Virus record (IMG/VR): IMGVR_UViG_3300005805_000087
Location: 1-63,092 of that record
From: a virus
Lineage: Duplodnaviria; Caudoviricetes
Reading direction: 5' to 3' (one strand)
Length of the DNA stretch: 63,092 nt
In this document: piece after piece, positions 38,249 through 47,297 of the stretch
Layout: the number at the start of each line of letters is the position of its first letter
Numbering within the stretch: position 1 is the first letter of the stretch
Notes under the pieces: model-generated
Seen by the model: only the letters and a program-made list of their open reading frames with translations
The model's database searches: none
Told to the model about the DNA's origin: nothing
Translations under genes and position numbers: made by a program

Positions 38249-40138
38249 ATGAAACAGTTTACATTAGAACATTTAGCACAGGGCATTAAGGACCGCCACG
38301 TCGGTGCCGAGCGTGCCCGTTTAACAGAGAAGTGGAGCCGCACAGGTCTCCTCCGTGGCCTCGATGGCACACGTCGCGAGATGATGTCTCAGCTTCTCGA
38401 AAACCAGGCAGCACAGGTCCTCAAGGAGAGCAATGCTCTCTCCACAGGCGCAGGCAGCCTTGTTGGCTCTGGTCAAATCCAGGGTTTCAGCAACATCGCA
38501 TTCCCAATCGTTCGCCGCGTGTTCGGTGGCCTCGTTGCCAACGAGCTCGTCTCGATTCAGCCAATGTCTCTTCCATCAGGTCTCATCTTCTACTTGGATT
38601 ACACCTATGGAACACAGCGCAACATCGATGGCGACACAACAGGCGAAGTTTACAAGAAGGGTGACTCCATCTACAACAACCCACGTGGTAAGGGCGTCCA
38701 ATCCGGATCTCTTGCAACAGGTGGTATGTACGACCTCGTCGGCACTGGTTACTCTCGCGTCACAGGTTCAACAACATCGTTGAATCTTGCTGCAGCGACA
38801 GTGTACTCCGGTTCCTATGGTGGCGTTGATGGAACAACATGGACCGCAAACCTTCTCCTCGATACAGGCGCGGAGTTCAGCGGCTCTAATGCTCGTTTCT
38901 GCGACTTCGATAGCCAAGTTGAAACCGCACTCACAAACAACGAGTACGACGTTCTCTTCGTGTATGTCCCAACATCTGCAATCACAGCTGCAATCACAGG
39001 CGCGGACCTCACATCAGTTGATCAGATGGCACTCTTCTCTGGTTCCTATGCTCAGCATGGCGACGGTACCTGGGGCGAGGCATACCAAGGTGGCAACAAG
39101 GTTATCAACCTTCGTCGCCTCAACAAGCGTGGTAACTTCAGTCCAACAGTTGCTCCATACTTCACACCAGACGCGCTCAACGGTACACACGTTCAGTTCG
39201 TGTTGAAGACCTCAGGACAAGTTGGTTCACCATCTGCCTCTGGTAAGCTCTCTGTTGCAGTTTCGACGAGCCTCTCTGTTGACTCCGCTTCCGGTGCGAC
39301 AGTCACAGTGCCTTCGTTCGAGTCTGACTTCGGAACAACACCACGTCCAGTTATCCCAGAGATCGACATCAAGATCGAGTCCATTGCCATTACGGCAGAG
39401 ACCCGCAAGCTCCGCGCACGCTGGTCTCCAGAGCTCGCACAAGACCTCAACGCATACCACTCGATGGATGCTGAGGTTGAGCTCACCTCGATCCTCTCCG
39501 AGCAGATCGCTCTCGAGATCGATCGCGAGATCCTCAATGACCTCGTGACACAGGCAAACGGCGCCAACTACTACTGGAGCCGTGCACCAGGCAAGTTCGT
39601 CAACAAGACAACAGGCTCACCTGTGACATTGGCCTCTTCCCTCTCAATCGGCCCAGCCTTCACCGGTACGGTCCGTGAGTGGTACGAGACACTCATCGAG
39701 ACAATCATTGATGTCGCCAACACCATCCACCGCAAGACACTCCGTGGCTCAGCAAACTTCCTCGTTTGCGGTCCGGACGTCGCAACCATCCTCGAGGCTT
39801 CCGTGCTCTACAAGCCAAAGTTCTCCATGGACGGCGAGGGACAGGTTGGTTCGCCATTCACCATCGGTGCAGAGGCGATCGGTACACTCAGCAACCGCTT
39901 CACAGTCTACAAGGATCCTTACTTCGTTCGTAACAAGATCCTCGTCGGCTACAAGGGCGGCAGCTACCTCGAGACAGGCTACGTCTATGCTCCATACGTG
40001 CCACTCATCGTGACACCAACAATCTTCGCACCAGAAGACTTCACACCACGTAAGGGCGTGATGACTCGCTACGGTAAGAAGACTGTTCGTTCCGACTTCT
40101 ACGGAACAGTCACCTGCCTCGACATGAACATCATCTGA
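38249..40138 (+). CDS. Major capsid protein (T4 gp23-like)
   Basis: LLENQ, PIVRRVF, VSIQPMSLPSGLIFY, ETRKLRARWSPELAQDLNAYH, EIDREI, YAPYVPL, FTPRKGVMTRYG; strong codon bias; AGGAG RBS. Confidence 0.97.
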   Translation: MKQFTLEHLAQGIKDRHVGAERARLTEKWSRTGLLRGLDGTRREMMSQLLENQAAQVLKESNALSTGAGSLVGSGQIQGFSNIAFPIVRRVFGGLVANELVSIQPMSLPSGLIFYLDYTYGTQRNIDGDTTGEVYKKGDSIYNNPRGKGVQSGSLATGGMYDLVGTGYSRVTGSTTSLNLAAATVYSGSYGGVDGTTWTANLLLDTGAEFSGSNARFCDFDSQVETALTNNEYDVLFVYVPTSAITAAITGADLTSVDQMALFSGSYAQHGDGTWGEAYQGGNKVINLRRLNKRGNFSPTVAPYFTPDALNGTHVQFVLKTSGQVGSPSASGKLSVAVSTSLSVDSASGATVTVPSFESDFGTTPRPVIPEIDIKIESIAITAETRKLRARWSPELAQDLNAYHSMDAEVELTSILSEQIALEIDREILNDLVTQANGANYYWSRAPGKFVNKTTGSPVTLASSLSIGPAFTGTVREWYETLIETIIDVANTIHRKTLRGSANFLVCGPDVATILEASVLYKPKFSMDGEGQVGSPFTIGAEAIGTLSNRFTVYKDPYFVRNKILVGYKGGSYLETGYVYAPYVPLIVTPTIFAPEDFTPRKGVMTRYGKKTVRSDFYGTVTCLDMNII

Positions 40139-40161
40139 TAATCTCAGATTAAGTGTTCTCT

Positions 40162-40197
40162 AGGAAGGCTCCCGAAAGGGGGCCTTCTTAGTTTTTA
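40162..40197 (+). terminator. Rho-independent terminator after the major capsid gene
   Basis: GGAAGGCTCCC-GAAA-GGGGGCCTTCT hairpin followed by a T-rich tract. Confidence 0.85.
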
Positions 40198-40287
40198 TGG
40201 TTTTATTTCTAAAATGTTGATATAATGTTCTTATGGTTTTATGGCCTTATATCTTAAGATTTTTTCTAAGGTCATGATGAGCAGACT

Positions 40288-40614
40288 ATGAGGAGGAGAA
40301 AGTATGGTCAACCAAAGCTATCTAAAGACCGTTGTGAGGTCTGTGGGTATGACCACCCGGCCGCTCTCAACATCCACCACATCATTCCTCGTTGCGATCC
40401 ACGGTGTTCTAACGACAACCACAACCTAGCCATCGTGTGTCATACGTGCCATGACCTGATTCACGTCGGTGAAATCATCATCATCGGAGTGTATCCCACC
40501 TCAGCCGGCCGCAAGTTGATGTGGTTTCAAAACGGCGATGAACCTCCGTTAGAGAAGGAATTTTGGAAGATCAAGGACAATCCTTTAGTCCTTCGCAAAA
40601 AAAATCAATTATGA
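40288..40614 (+). CDS. HNH endonuclease
   Basis: CEVCG...IHHIIP...NDNHNLAIVCHTCHDLIH. Confidence 0.85.
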   Translation: MRRRKYGQPKLSKDRCEVCGYDHPAALNIHHIIPRCDPRCSNDNHNLAIVCHTCHDLIHVGEIIIIGVYPTSAGRKLMWFQNGDEPPLEKEFWKIKDNPLVLRKKNQL

Positions 40615-40694
40615 TTAAAAGCGTTTGTGAAATAAATGTGCGCGTCGATTGTACGCTGTGTACTTTTTTTTAATCTGATGATATCTATTAATAT

Positions 40695-42182
40695 ATGGCA
40701 AGAAGCAACGTCATTAAACTTGGTTTGTTGATTGTTGGTGTTGCAGGTCTAACGACACTCGGTTGTGAAAGGCCTAATCCTTATAAGCTAAGTGGTGACA
40801 CGTCGGCCGTTTATGAAGATTGTCCGACACCATCAACGAATGGGTCCACTTCTTCAACTGTAAGTTCGACTGTAGGCTCGACTGTGGCAAGCACAACATC
40901 GGGTGGTGGCGAAGGTACAACCGTCGGTACGACCGGTCCATCGACATCGGTTTCGACTGGTTCAGGTAACCAACAACCGCAGATTGAATTAACCGAGCTC
41001 GATGAGCGTGAGTTAGATTATGGTGAGGCACTGCGCACAGCCAGCATTCTTCTCGTTGGAGATGCTCCAACAGTTGCTGAAATCTATGAGCTTGCTGACC
41101 TTCCTCCTGATATGCAGGATGAAAAGTATATCGAATTAATCGACAAGAAACTTGCAGACCCTCGTTTCGCTGCAACGCTCGTCGAATTCTTTAAGTACAC
41201 TTATAAAATGGGCGGAGCCTCTACAGTCATGGGAGAACCCAATCGTGATACGGCTCCTGTTTTCTCCGCAAGAACAGTGTATGAGGAGAAAGATTGGAGA
41301 AACATCCTGACACAGCAGACGAACACTTGCCCAACATTTAACGCTACTACGAACACGTTTAGTGATGGTAACTGTAATAACATGCCATCTTCGACCATGG
41401 CGTCTGGCATATTGACGGACCCTGGCGTTCATAGCCTCTACTTTGGTAACCTTGCGTTCCGTCGTAATCGTTTCTTCCATGAGACTTTCCTCTGCAAGTC
41501 TGGTAATGAGCAAGCAGGTGGTGAACCAACCGACGCGCCACCAACTGATGCTCCCTGTAATGGCGGAGGCTCTATTCCTGGATACAATAATAAATGGGCA
41601 GTTAGCGAAATCGCCGGAGCCTGCAACGGCGGTCGTGTAGATTTCCATGCCTACAACAACAGCAACGTCTGTGCAAACTGTCATTCAACGTGGAACCATC
41701 GCTCACCGCTCTTTGCGCAGTTCGATTCCCGCGGAATTTATCAGAGCCTTACTGCGGCCGGTGAATTCGCGGTATTTGTTCCAGTAAACGGTTCTCCGCG
41801 TGCCAAGATGAGCGATTGGCTCTGCGTCTCTCCTTCTTGTCCAAATGGTGGCAATAATAAACCAGCATGGAAGAAGACAATGAAGGTGAACGGTGTAGAA
41901 ACACCAGGTCTCGCAAACACCCCTGTCGCCTTGGGTCAAGTGATGGCGCAAGATGATGAAGTGATTGAATGCGCCGTAAAGCGAGTGTGGAATTACGCTA
42001 TGGGTCGTGCCGATATCACCGAGATTGGTGGACGTTCCTGGGTGAATCTTCCCGATCGCAAGGACAAGAATCCTGAGTTGGTGACAATGTCCAAGTTGAT
42101 TTCGCAGTTCAAGGGTAATGGTTACAACTTGAAGCAGGTACTTCGTACCATCCTACTTTCCGATGACTTTGTGAGGTTCTGA
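40695..42182 (+). CDS. Lipoprotein with heme-c-type CxxCH; DUF1588/DUF1585-like architecture
   Basis: Signal ending TTLGC; Ser/Thr/Gly linker; SGILT, FLC, CANCH..FAQFDSRG; C-terminus CAVKRVWNYAMGR...FKGNGYNLKQVLRTILLSDDF. Confidence 0.7.
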   Translation: MARSNVIKLGLLIVGVAGLTTLGCERPNPYKLSGDTSAVYEDCPTPSTNGSTSSTVSSTVGSTVASTTSGGGEGTTVGTTGPSTSVSTGSGNQQPQIELTELDERELDYGEALRTASILLVGDAPTVAEIYELADLPPDMQDEKYIELIDKKLADPRFAATLVEFFKYTYKMGGASTVMGEPNRDTAPVFSARTVYEEKDWRNILTQQTNTCPTFNATTNTFSDGNCNNMPSSTMASGILTDPGVHSLYFGNLAFRRNRFFHETFLCKSGNEQAGGEPTDAPPTDAPCNGGGSIPGYNNKWAVSEIAGACNGGRVDFHAYNNSNVCANCHSTWNHRSPLFAQFDSRGIYQSLTAAGEFAVFVPVNGSPRAKMSDWLCVSPSCPNGGNNKPAWKKTMKVNGVETPGLANTPVALGQVMAQDDEVIECAVKRVWNYAMGRADITEIGGRSWVNLPDRKDKNPELVTMSKLISQFKGNGYNLKQVLRTILLSDDFVRF

Positions 42183-42185
42183 GCC

Positions 42186-43241
42186 ATGCAGAAAAAAACT
42201 CTGAAAAAAGTCGGATTATCTACACTAGGAATTGTTGGATTGATTCTTGGGTTCAATGCATGTGGCGCAGAAGCCCCCGCAATTGGTGAAAATTATTGCC
42301 CAGACATCGAGGATTCAACTAGTCCTTCCGCTACTATCGGCGTGGTAGCTTCAAGCTCTTCTACGACGGGTGGCGGAGTTGGTGGTGCAAGTGGTAGTGC
42401 GACTGCTTCGACTGGTTCTGGTGAGGAAATGTCAACTGGTTCTGGAATGGAAGAGGAAGAACCTTTACCTGAGTATGATGTTCCTGCGTACGATGAGATC
42501 ATGTCACGTCTCCATAGCTGCCATAAATTAACATATGTGCAGTTAGGAAATTTCCTTCGTGCTCGCGGAGTTGCAATTCCACAAGGTGGTGTTTCCGACA
42601 TCCGTACGACGATGACGCCCGTTTTTGGTCAATCAGTAACGCTTGGTAGCATCTTCGGTGGCTCTGGTTCGGTATGCGAGATGGCCATTACCGAGTCGAA
42701 TGGCACCAATGATCCTATTTGCCCAATGGGCGAGGTTTGTTTTTGTAATCAAGATGACAAGCTTAACCAAGTCAACCGCAGCTGTTTGGATGTAGGTAAC
42801 AACTCTCCTGATGCGGCGGATGGATATTGTGTTTCGAAACCTTCGACTGCTGGGTATCTTTACTTCGCTGGCAAAGATTCATTAGGTGTGCCGAAGCAAG
42901 ATTCACGTCTTGGAGAGAAAGAAGAGCATTCTACAGCTTCTGCAATGAAGATGATGGATATCTTTATCCAATCCGCACCTCAAATCGTCGCAAACATTGG
43001 AGATCCGCAGAAGGCGCCAGCCTGCACGTTGAATGGTAAGAATTATCCAATGTTTGCAGGAGATAATACTTGCATCGAAGAATCTGTCAGCTGTTTGATT
43101 GGTACACCGGCTACCGATGATCACATGTTGCTTTGCAATTTGGTTCTTCAGAAAGCAAAGTCGGGTGATGCGACAGATATGATGAAGAAGAAAAACATGG
43201 CAGTTGCATTACTTCTTGCTGCTGCTCATTCGTGTCAGTGA
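42186..43241 (+). CDS. Cys-rich lipoprotein
   Basis: Signal ending LGFNAC; Ser/Thr/Gly linker; many Cys; starts 3 nt after the previous gene. Confidence 0.7.
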   Translation: MQKKTLKKVGLSTLGIVGLILGFNACGAEAPAIGENYCPDIEDSTSPSATIGVVASSSSTTGGGVGGASGSATASTGSGEEMSTGSGMEEEEPLPEYDVPAYDEIMSRLHSCHKLTYVQLGNFLRARGVAIPQGGVSDIRTTMTPVFGQSVTLGSIFGGSGSVCEMAITESNGTNDPICPMGEVCFCNQDDKLNQVNRSCLDVGNNSPDAADGYCVSKPSTAGYLYFAGKDSLGVPKQDSRLGEKEEHSTASAMKMMDIFIQSAPQIVANIGDPQKAPACTLNGKNYPMFAGDNTCIEESVSCLIGTPATDDHMLLCNLVLQKAKSGDATDMMKKKNMAVALLLAAAHSCQ

Positions 43242-43253
43242 TGGAGGGACGAG

Positions 43254-44855
43254 ATGGCTAACTGGAAATTAAAAGAACTTCAAGATGAACGCCGCCGAAC
43301 ATTCCTCAAAATGTGCACGGTGACAGCTGCTGCCATTGGAATTTCCCGCACGGATTTGTTAAACTTTCTTTCTGATGAAGGTGGTAATGGTTTAGCAGAA
43401 GCAGCGTCCACGACTTATGGTCGTTCACTTCTCGTCCCATCACCAAACGGCGTCCAAGCGTGGTTCCAAGAATTATGGCCAGTTCCGGACGTCGCGTTGA
43501 AGGCGACCGCGAACGCCAACGTTTCAGGCCTATCCGGTCAGTTCGGTGGATTCTCTTCTTATCTCTATACTTCACAGTACGGTTACAATCCAGCCAACGG
43601 ATACCGTGGAACATATACACAAGGTAAAGGAAACCCTCTTCCTTCATTGCCAATGGGCGTGAAGAGTTGGGATGGTGGAGACCGTTCTTTCTTCTACGGA
43701 CCCCATGCACCATGGTTCGACCACAACCTCGGTCTTCCAAAGTATCCTGTCACAGCCATCATGTCTGGTAAAGATGAAACCCATACTGAGTTCCCAATTT
43801 CTCAAGTCGCTCTTTCTGGAAATTCAACAATGCAAGCTGCTTTAGCTTCATTAGGCGCAGCTGGTTCTTCAGCTGTCGTACCAGTTCTTGGTATCGACCC
43901 CGTCAAATACGGTAGAGCCCCTGGTGCACCTGAAGTTGCGACTGTTCCTTCATCGGCAGGTATGATTGACCTCTTTAACAGCGCCGCAAGCCAATACACA
44001 CTGCAGAGTAAAGTCGACCAAGAACTCTTCGACACTTACTACAAGGCCCTTGTTGGTCTTCGTAAGTCTTCAAGCCGTTCAACATGGTTACCACAAATGA
44101 GTGTGACAAAGAACGCAGCTCGTATCATCGGATTGAACTTCGCGTCTCAATTGACTCCAACAAGCGCAGATCTTGCAAGCTTCGGAATCCAAGAAATGGT
44201 TGATAGCTTGAATTCAAATTCAATGTATTTGACTCCTGCTCAACGCAAAGGATTAGAAGAGTTTGGTAGAACATTAATCGTTGTTGCGAAGGCGTTCACT
44301 TTGGGTCTCAGCAAGACGGCAATTGTAGCTTTGTCTCCTGGTCCAACCAGCGATACTACCTGGACAGATCCACATGTGACATTCGATAGCCAAACCTTAA
44401 TGAACCAAGGTCGTAATACTACGAAGCATTTAGGCAAGGTTCTAGATGGCTTCTACAATTATCTCTCTCAGCAAGTGGACCCAGAAAGCCCAACAGAGAA
44501 GTTAGATGAGACAACCACTTTCGTTGCATATGGTGATACACCACATACACCTCTTATGGGTAACACGTGGCCCGATGCAACGCCCGATGCTTGCAACTGG
44601 ATCTACGTGATGGACCCGAAGGCAAACATCAAGAATGGCTGGTTCGGTCATGTTTATGCAAACAGAGTCAACAATCGTAACGCAGTTGGATTCAACCCAT
44701 TGACCGGTCAGGATGATGCAACAAAGACTTCTGAACAGATGTCTTCTTTCGCTTCTGCTGCTGCTGTTTATGCCACGTCCCAGGGAGATAGCAATAAGAC
44801 TGCAGAATATGGTGTCTCTCCAAATGTGATACCATCTCTCGTAAACTTTAAGTAA
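43254..44855 (+). CDS. Tat-exported protein, DUF1501/DUF1552-like
   Basis: Twin-arginine ERRRTFLK followed by a hydrophobic stretch and LAEA; WTDPH; LDETTTFVAYGDTPHTP; GGAGGGA RBS. Confidence 0.65.
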   Translation: MANWKLKELQDERRRTFLKMCTVTAAAIGISRTDLLNFLSDEGGNGLAEAASTTYGRSLLVPSPNGVQAWFQELWPVPDVALKATANANVSGLSGQFGGFSSYLYTSQYGYNPANGYRGTYTQGKGNPLPSLPMGVKSWDGGDRSFFYGPHAPWFDHNLGLPKYPVTAIMSGKDETHTEFPISQVALSGNSTMQAALASLGAAGSSAVVPVLGIDPVKYGRAPGAPEVATVPSSAGMIDLFNSAASQYTLQSKVDQELFDTYYKALVGLRKSSSRSTWLPQMSVTKNAARIIGLNFASQLTPTSADLASFGIQEMVDSLNSNSMYLTPAQRKGLEEFGRTLIVVAKAFTLGLSKTAIVALSPGPTSDTTWTDPHVTFDSQTLMNQGRNTTKHLGKVLDGFYNYLSQQVDPESPTEKLDETTTFVAYGDTPHTPLMGNTWPDATPDACNWIYVMDPKANIKNGWFGHVYANRVNNRNAVGFNPLTGQDDATKTSEQMSSFASAAAVYATSQGDSNKTAEYGVSPNVIPSLVNFK

Positions 44856-44868
44856 TCGATATATTTAA
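44853..44868 (+). promoter_or_regulatory. Putative late promoter (ATANTTA core)
   Basis: TAATCGATATATTTAA is identical at 44853 and 46203, each just before a leader-bearing ORF. Confidence 0.6.
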
Positions 44869-44873
44869 AGGCC

Positions 44874-45077
44874 ATGAAGATAACAGAGTCGCAGTTAAGA
44901 GAAATGATTCTCTCGGAGTTGATGGCCGACGACGAAAAGAAGCTCAAGGATTCTATTGTTAATAATCTTATGAGCCTGTTCTATCGTCATGAGATGGAAC
45001 CTGAAGAAGCTGCGAATGAGTTAGCATCCCTTGCTCGTAAAGAAATCGAATCTATTCGAGCAAAACAACCAGCTTGA
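44874..45077 (+). CDS. Small protein with shared leader
   Basis: MKITESQLREMILSEL. Confidence 0.7.
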   Translation: MKITESQLREMILSELMADDEKKLKDSIVNNLMSLFYRHEMEPEEAANELASLARKEIESIRAKQPA

Positions 45078-45096
45078 TCTGTATAAGAGGTAGAAT

Positions 45097-46122
45097 ATGA
45101 AATTGACCGAGTCACAACTTCGTAAAATCATCAGTAACGAGATTAAATCAGTTCTTCGTGAGTCAAACAATTCTTCACACAGCAAGTTAGCATCATTAAT
45201 TTTTGAAGAAGATGAAAAACCAGCTGATAAAGAAAAGTCGGTTAGCAAATCTACAGGTGAGTATGTCTCTTTTGATGACAAAACTAATATTAAAGATGTT
45301 CCTGCTGAGGAAATATACAAGCAATTGGTGAGTAAAGATCCCAACGCACCAGTATTTGCTGCAATAAAATCTGGTTTGGATTGGACTAATGTCGATCCTG
45401 TAAAGTGTGCTGAGCATTTTGAGGGAATGGGAGAAAAAACTTTCGTTGCAAGAATGAAAGATTTACAAGGAAAAATTCCAGAAACAGGTTTGCCAAAAGA
45501 TAAAATGCCTTTCCTTCCTGGTCCTAAAGACGCAAAGGGCTCTGTTGAAGATTTAAAGGATATTTTGACGCCAGGCGGTGAATATAACGTCGACTTTGAA
45601 TCGAAACAAAGAAGCGGTTCTTCATTGAGCGAAGCGGCTATAATTCATCGCTGGGGTAAATTAGCAGGCATTCTTACTGAGAAGGTAGATCCACCCGCGC
45701 CAAATGAGCTCAAAGGTTCAGGCGATGAAGAATCTGAAAAATATCTCAAAAGCGGCCTTGAAGATGGAAATGAAAAAGATGATGCTGTGCCTTTTGATGC
45801 TCCTGGAACGGTTAAAGCCAGTGCCGCTGTTCCAACACAATCAAACATTCTAATCGGTAAAACTTTGGGATTTGCTATTCCAAAGGAAGCCGGAGGTGGT
45901 GGAATCGCAGGCGGCGACCTCGGCGCGTACGCCAGCACAGACAATGAAATTTTGGATGGCCATCACCGCTGGGCTGCGACAATGATTTCAAATCCCAACG
46001 CTGATATGGGTACATTCATGAACATCGATTTAGCGAAGGTCGGTGGTGGTGACAAGACGACAGGTTTGAAACAATTGACTGCCATTGGTAATGCTTTGGG
46101 TAACCCTACCAAGACAAAGTGA
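45097..46122 (+). CDS. Leader-bearing protein with C-terminal ParB/sulfiredoxin-like domain
   Basis: MKLTESQLRKIISNEI leader; internal RWGKLAGI; PTQS...EILDGHHRWAA. Confidence 0.7.
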   Translation: MKLTESQLRKIISNEIKSVLRESNNSSHSKLASLIFEEDEKPADKEKSVSKSTGEYVSFDDKTNIKDVPAEEIYKQLVSKDPNAPVFAAIKSGLDWTNVDPVKCAEHFEGMGEKTFVARMKDLQGKIPETGLPKDKMPFLPGPKDAKGSVEDLKDILTPGGEYNVDFESKQRSGSSLSEAAIIHRWGKLAGILTEKVDPPAPNELKGSGDEESEKYLKSGLEDGNEKDDAVPFDAPGTVKASAAVPTQSNILIGKTLGFAIPKEAGGGGIAGGDLGAYASTDNEILDGHHRWAATMISNPNADMGTFMNIDLAKVGGGDKTTGLKQLTAIGNALGNPTKTK

Positions 46123-46142
46123 CTTGAGCTTATTGCTTGCTT

Positions 46143-46182
46143 AAAGGAGAAGGAGGCTAGAAAAATGCCTCCTTTTTCTTTT
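46143..46182 (+). terminator. Rho-independent terminator
   Basis: AAGGAGGC-loop-GCCTCCTT followed by TTTCTTTT. Confidence 0.75.
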
Positions 46183-46202
46183 ATGGTTTTTAGTTTCTGG
46201 TT

Positions 46203-46218
46203 TAATCGATATATTTAA
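46203..46218 (+). promoter_or_regulatory. Putative late promoter (ATANTTA core)
   Basis: Second copy of TAATCGATATATTTAA, located right after a terminator. Confidence 0.6.
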
Positions 46219-46225
46219 GGACAGT

Positions 46226-46546
46226 ATGAGAATCACAGAATCCCAACTTCGTAAGATCATTAGAGAAGAGCTCACTTCAGCTGAAGGAACTTCTAAGTTG
46301 ACAGATCAGCAAAAGAAACAGCTGAATGATCTATCTAAGAGCGCACCAAGCAACCTCGCCAGTTTCTCAAAGAATTTAAAAGTTCTTGCAGCGATTATCG
46401 ATGATATTGATCCAAAAGCTGCGGCGATCGACGCCACTCAATTAAAGCAATACTGGACTCAAACGATGGCGATTGTTTCAAGCATGATGAGCGAAGAAAA
46501 AACCTCAACATCAGATACCGCGAAGGTTACGAAAGCCTTAGGTTGA
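46226..46546 (+). CDS. Small protein with shared leader
   Basis: MRITESQLRKIIREEL. Confidence 0.7.
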   Translation: MRITESQLRKIIREELTSAEGTSKLTDQQKKQLNDLSKSAPSNLASFSKNLKVLAAIIDDIDPKAAAIDATQLKQYWTQTMAIVSSMMSEEKTSTSDTAKVTKALG

Positions 46547-46549
46547 TTT

Positions 46550-46840
46550 ATGAAGATATCTGAATCTAGATTACGTCAGATTATCTCTGAGGAGATTGCA
46601 GCGTTTCAAGAGCGTGAGATCGTCAACGTCCATTCAGGTCACACTGAGACCGCACACAGCAAACTCGTTGTTAATCTGATCAAAGGTAACCAAACACTAC
46701 TCGATGCTTTGAAAAACATTAAGTCGCAACAGGATCTTACTGCAGTCATCGAGGCGATTAACGATCTGACAGGTGTGATGGATCGACCTGTTATGATGAG
46801 TTCATTGGCGAAAGTTACGTCTCACCAGAAGAAGGGCTGA
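46550..46840 (+). CDS. Small protein with shared leader
   Basis: MKISESRLRQIISEEI. Confidence 0.7.
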   Translation: MKISESRLRQIISEEIAAFQEREIVNVHSGHTETAHSKLVVNLIKGNQTLLDALKNIKSQQDLTAVIEAINDLTGVMDRPVMMSSLAKVTSHQKKG

Positions 46841-46861
46841 TTCGCTTCCAATATCTCCATT

Positions 46862-46890
46862 TGTACACATGGAGCAAAACTGTGTACTGT
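46862..46890 (+). promoter_or_regulatory. Putative sigma70-type promoter
   Basis: TGTACA-N17-TACTGT upstream of ORF 46946. Confidence 0.3.
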
Positions 46891-46945
46891 AATCTCATAC
46901 AACGAGAGCTCAATAAAATGCTCTTGTCCTATGGAGAATATTTTT

Positions 46946-47218
46946 ATGAAGACACGTAAGAATCGCAAGTTTGTTTCACAGAACCGCAACGCCGTCATCC
47001 GCACCCGTGAGGATCGGACCGGCAAGACCCGCACTGAGACCGCCCGTCGCGACGAGCGCACGATTTCAGTTGCAGTCAGCACGAACCCACGCACAGAGTC
47101 GACGAACCTCTACATCGACTTCCCAAAGGGCGAGGTTGTTCAGTTTGATGGTCGCGAGGCCCGTACACTCTACCGTACGCTTCAGAAGCACTACCGAGAG
47201 ATCGGCGCTGCTTACTGA
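46946..47218 (+). CDS. Small Arg-rich protein, possibly nucleic-acid binding
   Basis: GGAG RBS; codon bias like the capsid gene; followed by a hairpin. Confidence 0.65.
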   Translation: MKTRKNRKFVSQNRNAVIRTREDRTGKTRTETARRDERTISVAVSTNPRTESTNLYIDFPKGEVVQFDGREARTLYRTLQKHYREIGAAY

Positions 47219-47244
47219 TTTAAAAAGTAAGTAATAAAGTCCTC

Positions 47245-47276
47245 AAGGCCGGACTTCTCGAAAGGGGAGCCGGCTT
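47245..47276 (+). other. GC-rich hairpin with GAAA tetraloop
   Basis: AAGGCCGGACTTCTC-GAAA-GGGGAGCCGGCTT; no clear U-tract. Confidence 0.55.
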
Positions 47277-47297
47277 AAGGCGTTAGAGGGCCTTGAA

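Noticed and set aside
36677-40013. Many overlapping alternative-frame and antisense ORFs over the scaffold and capsid genes
   Set aside because: Explained by strong codon bias and low-complexity sequence; they lack RBSs and recognisable motifs
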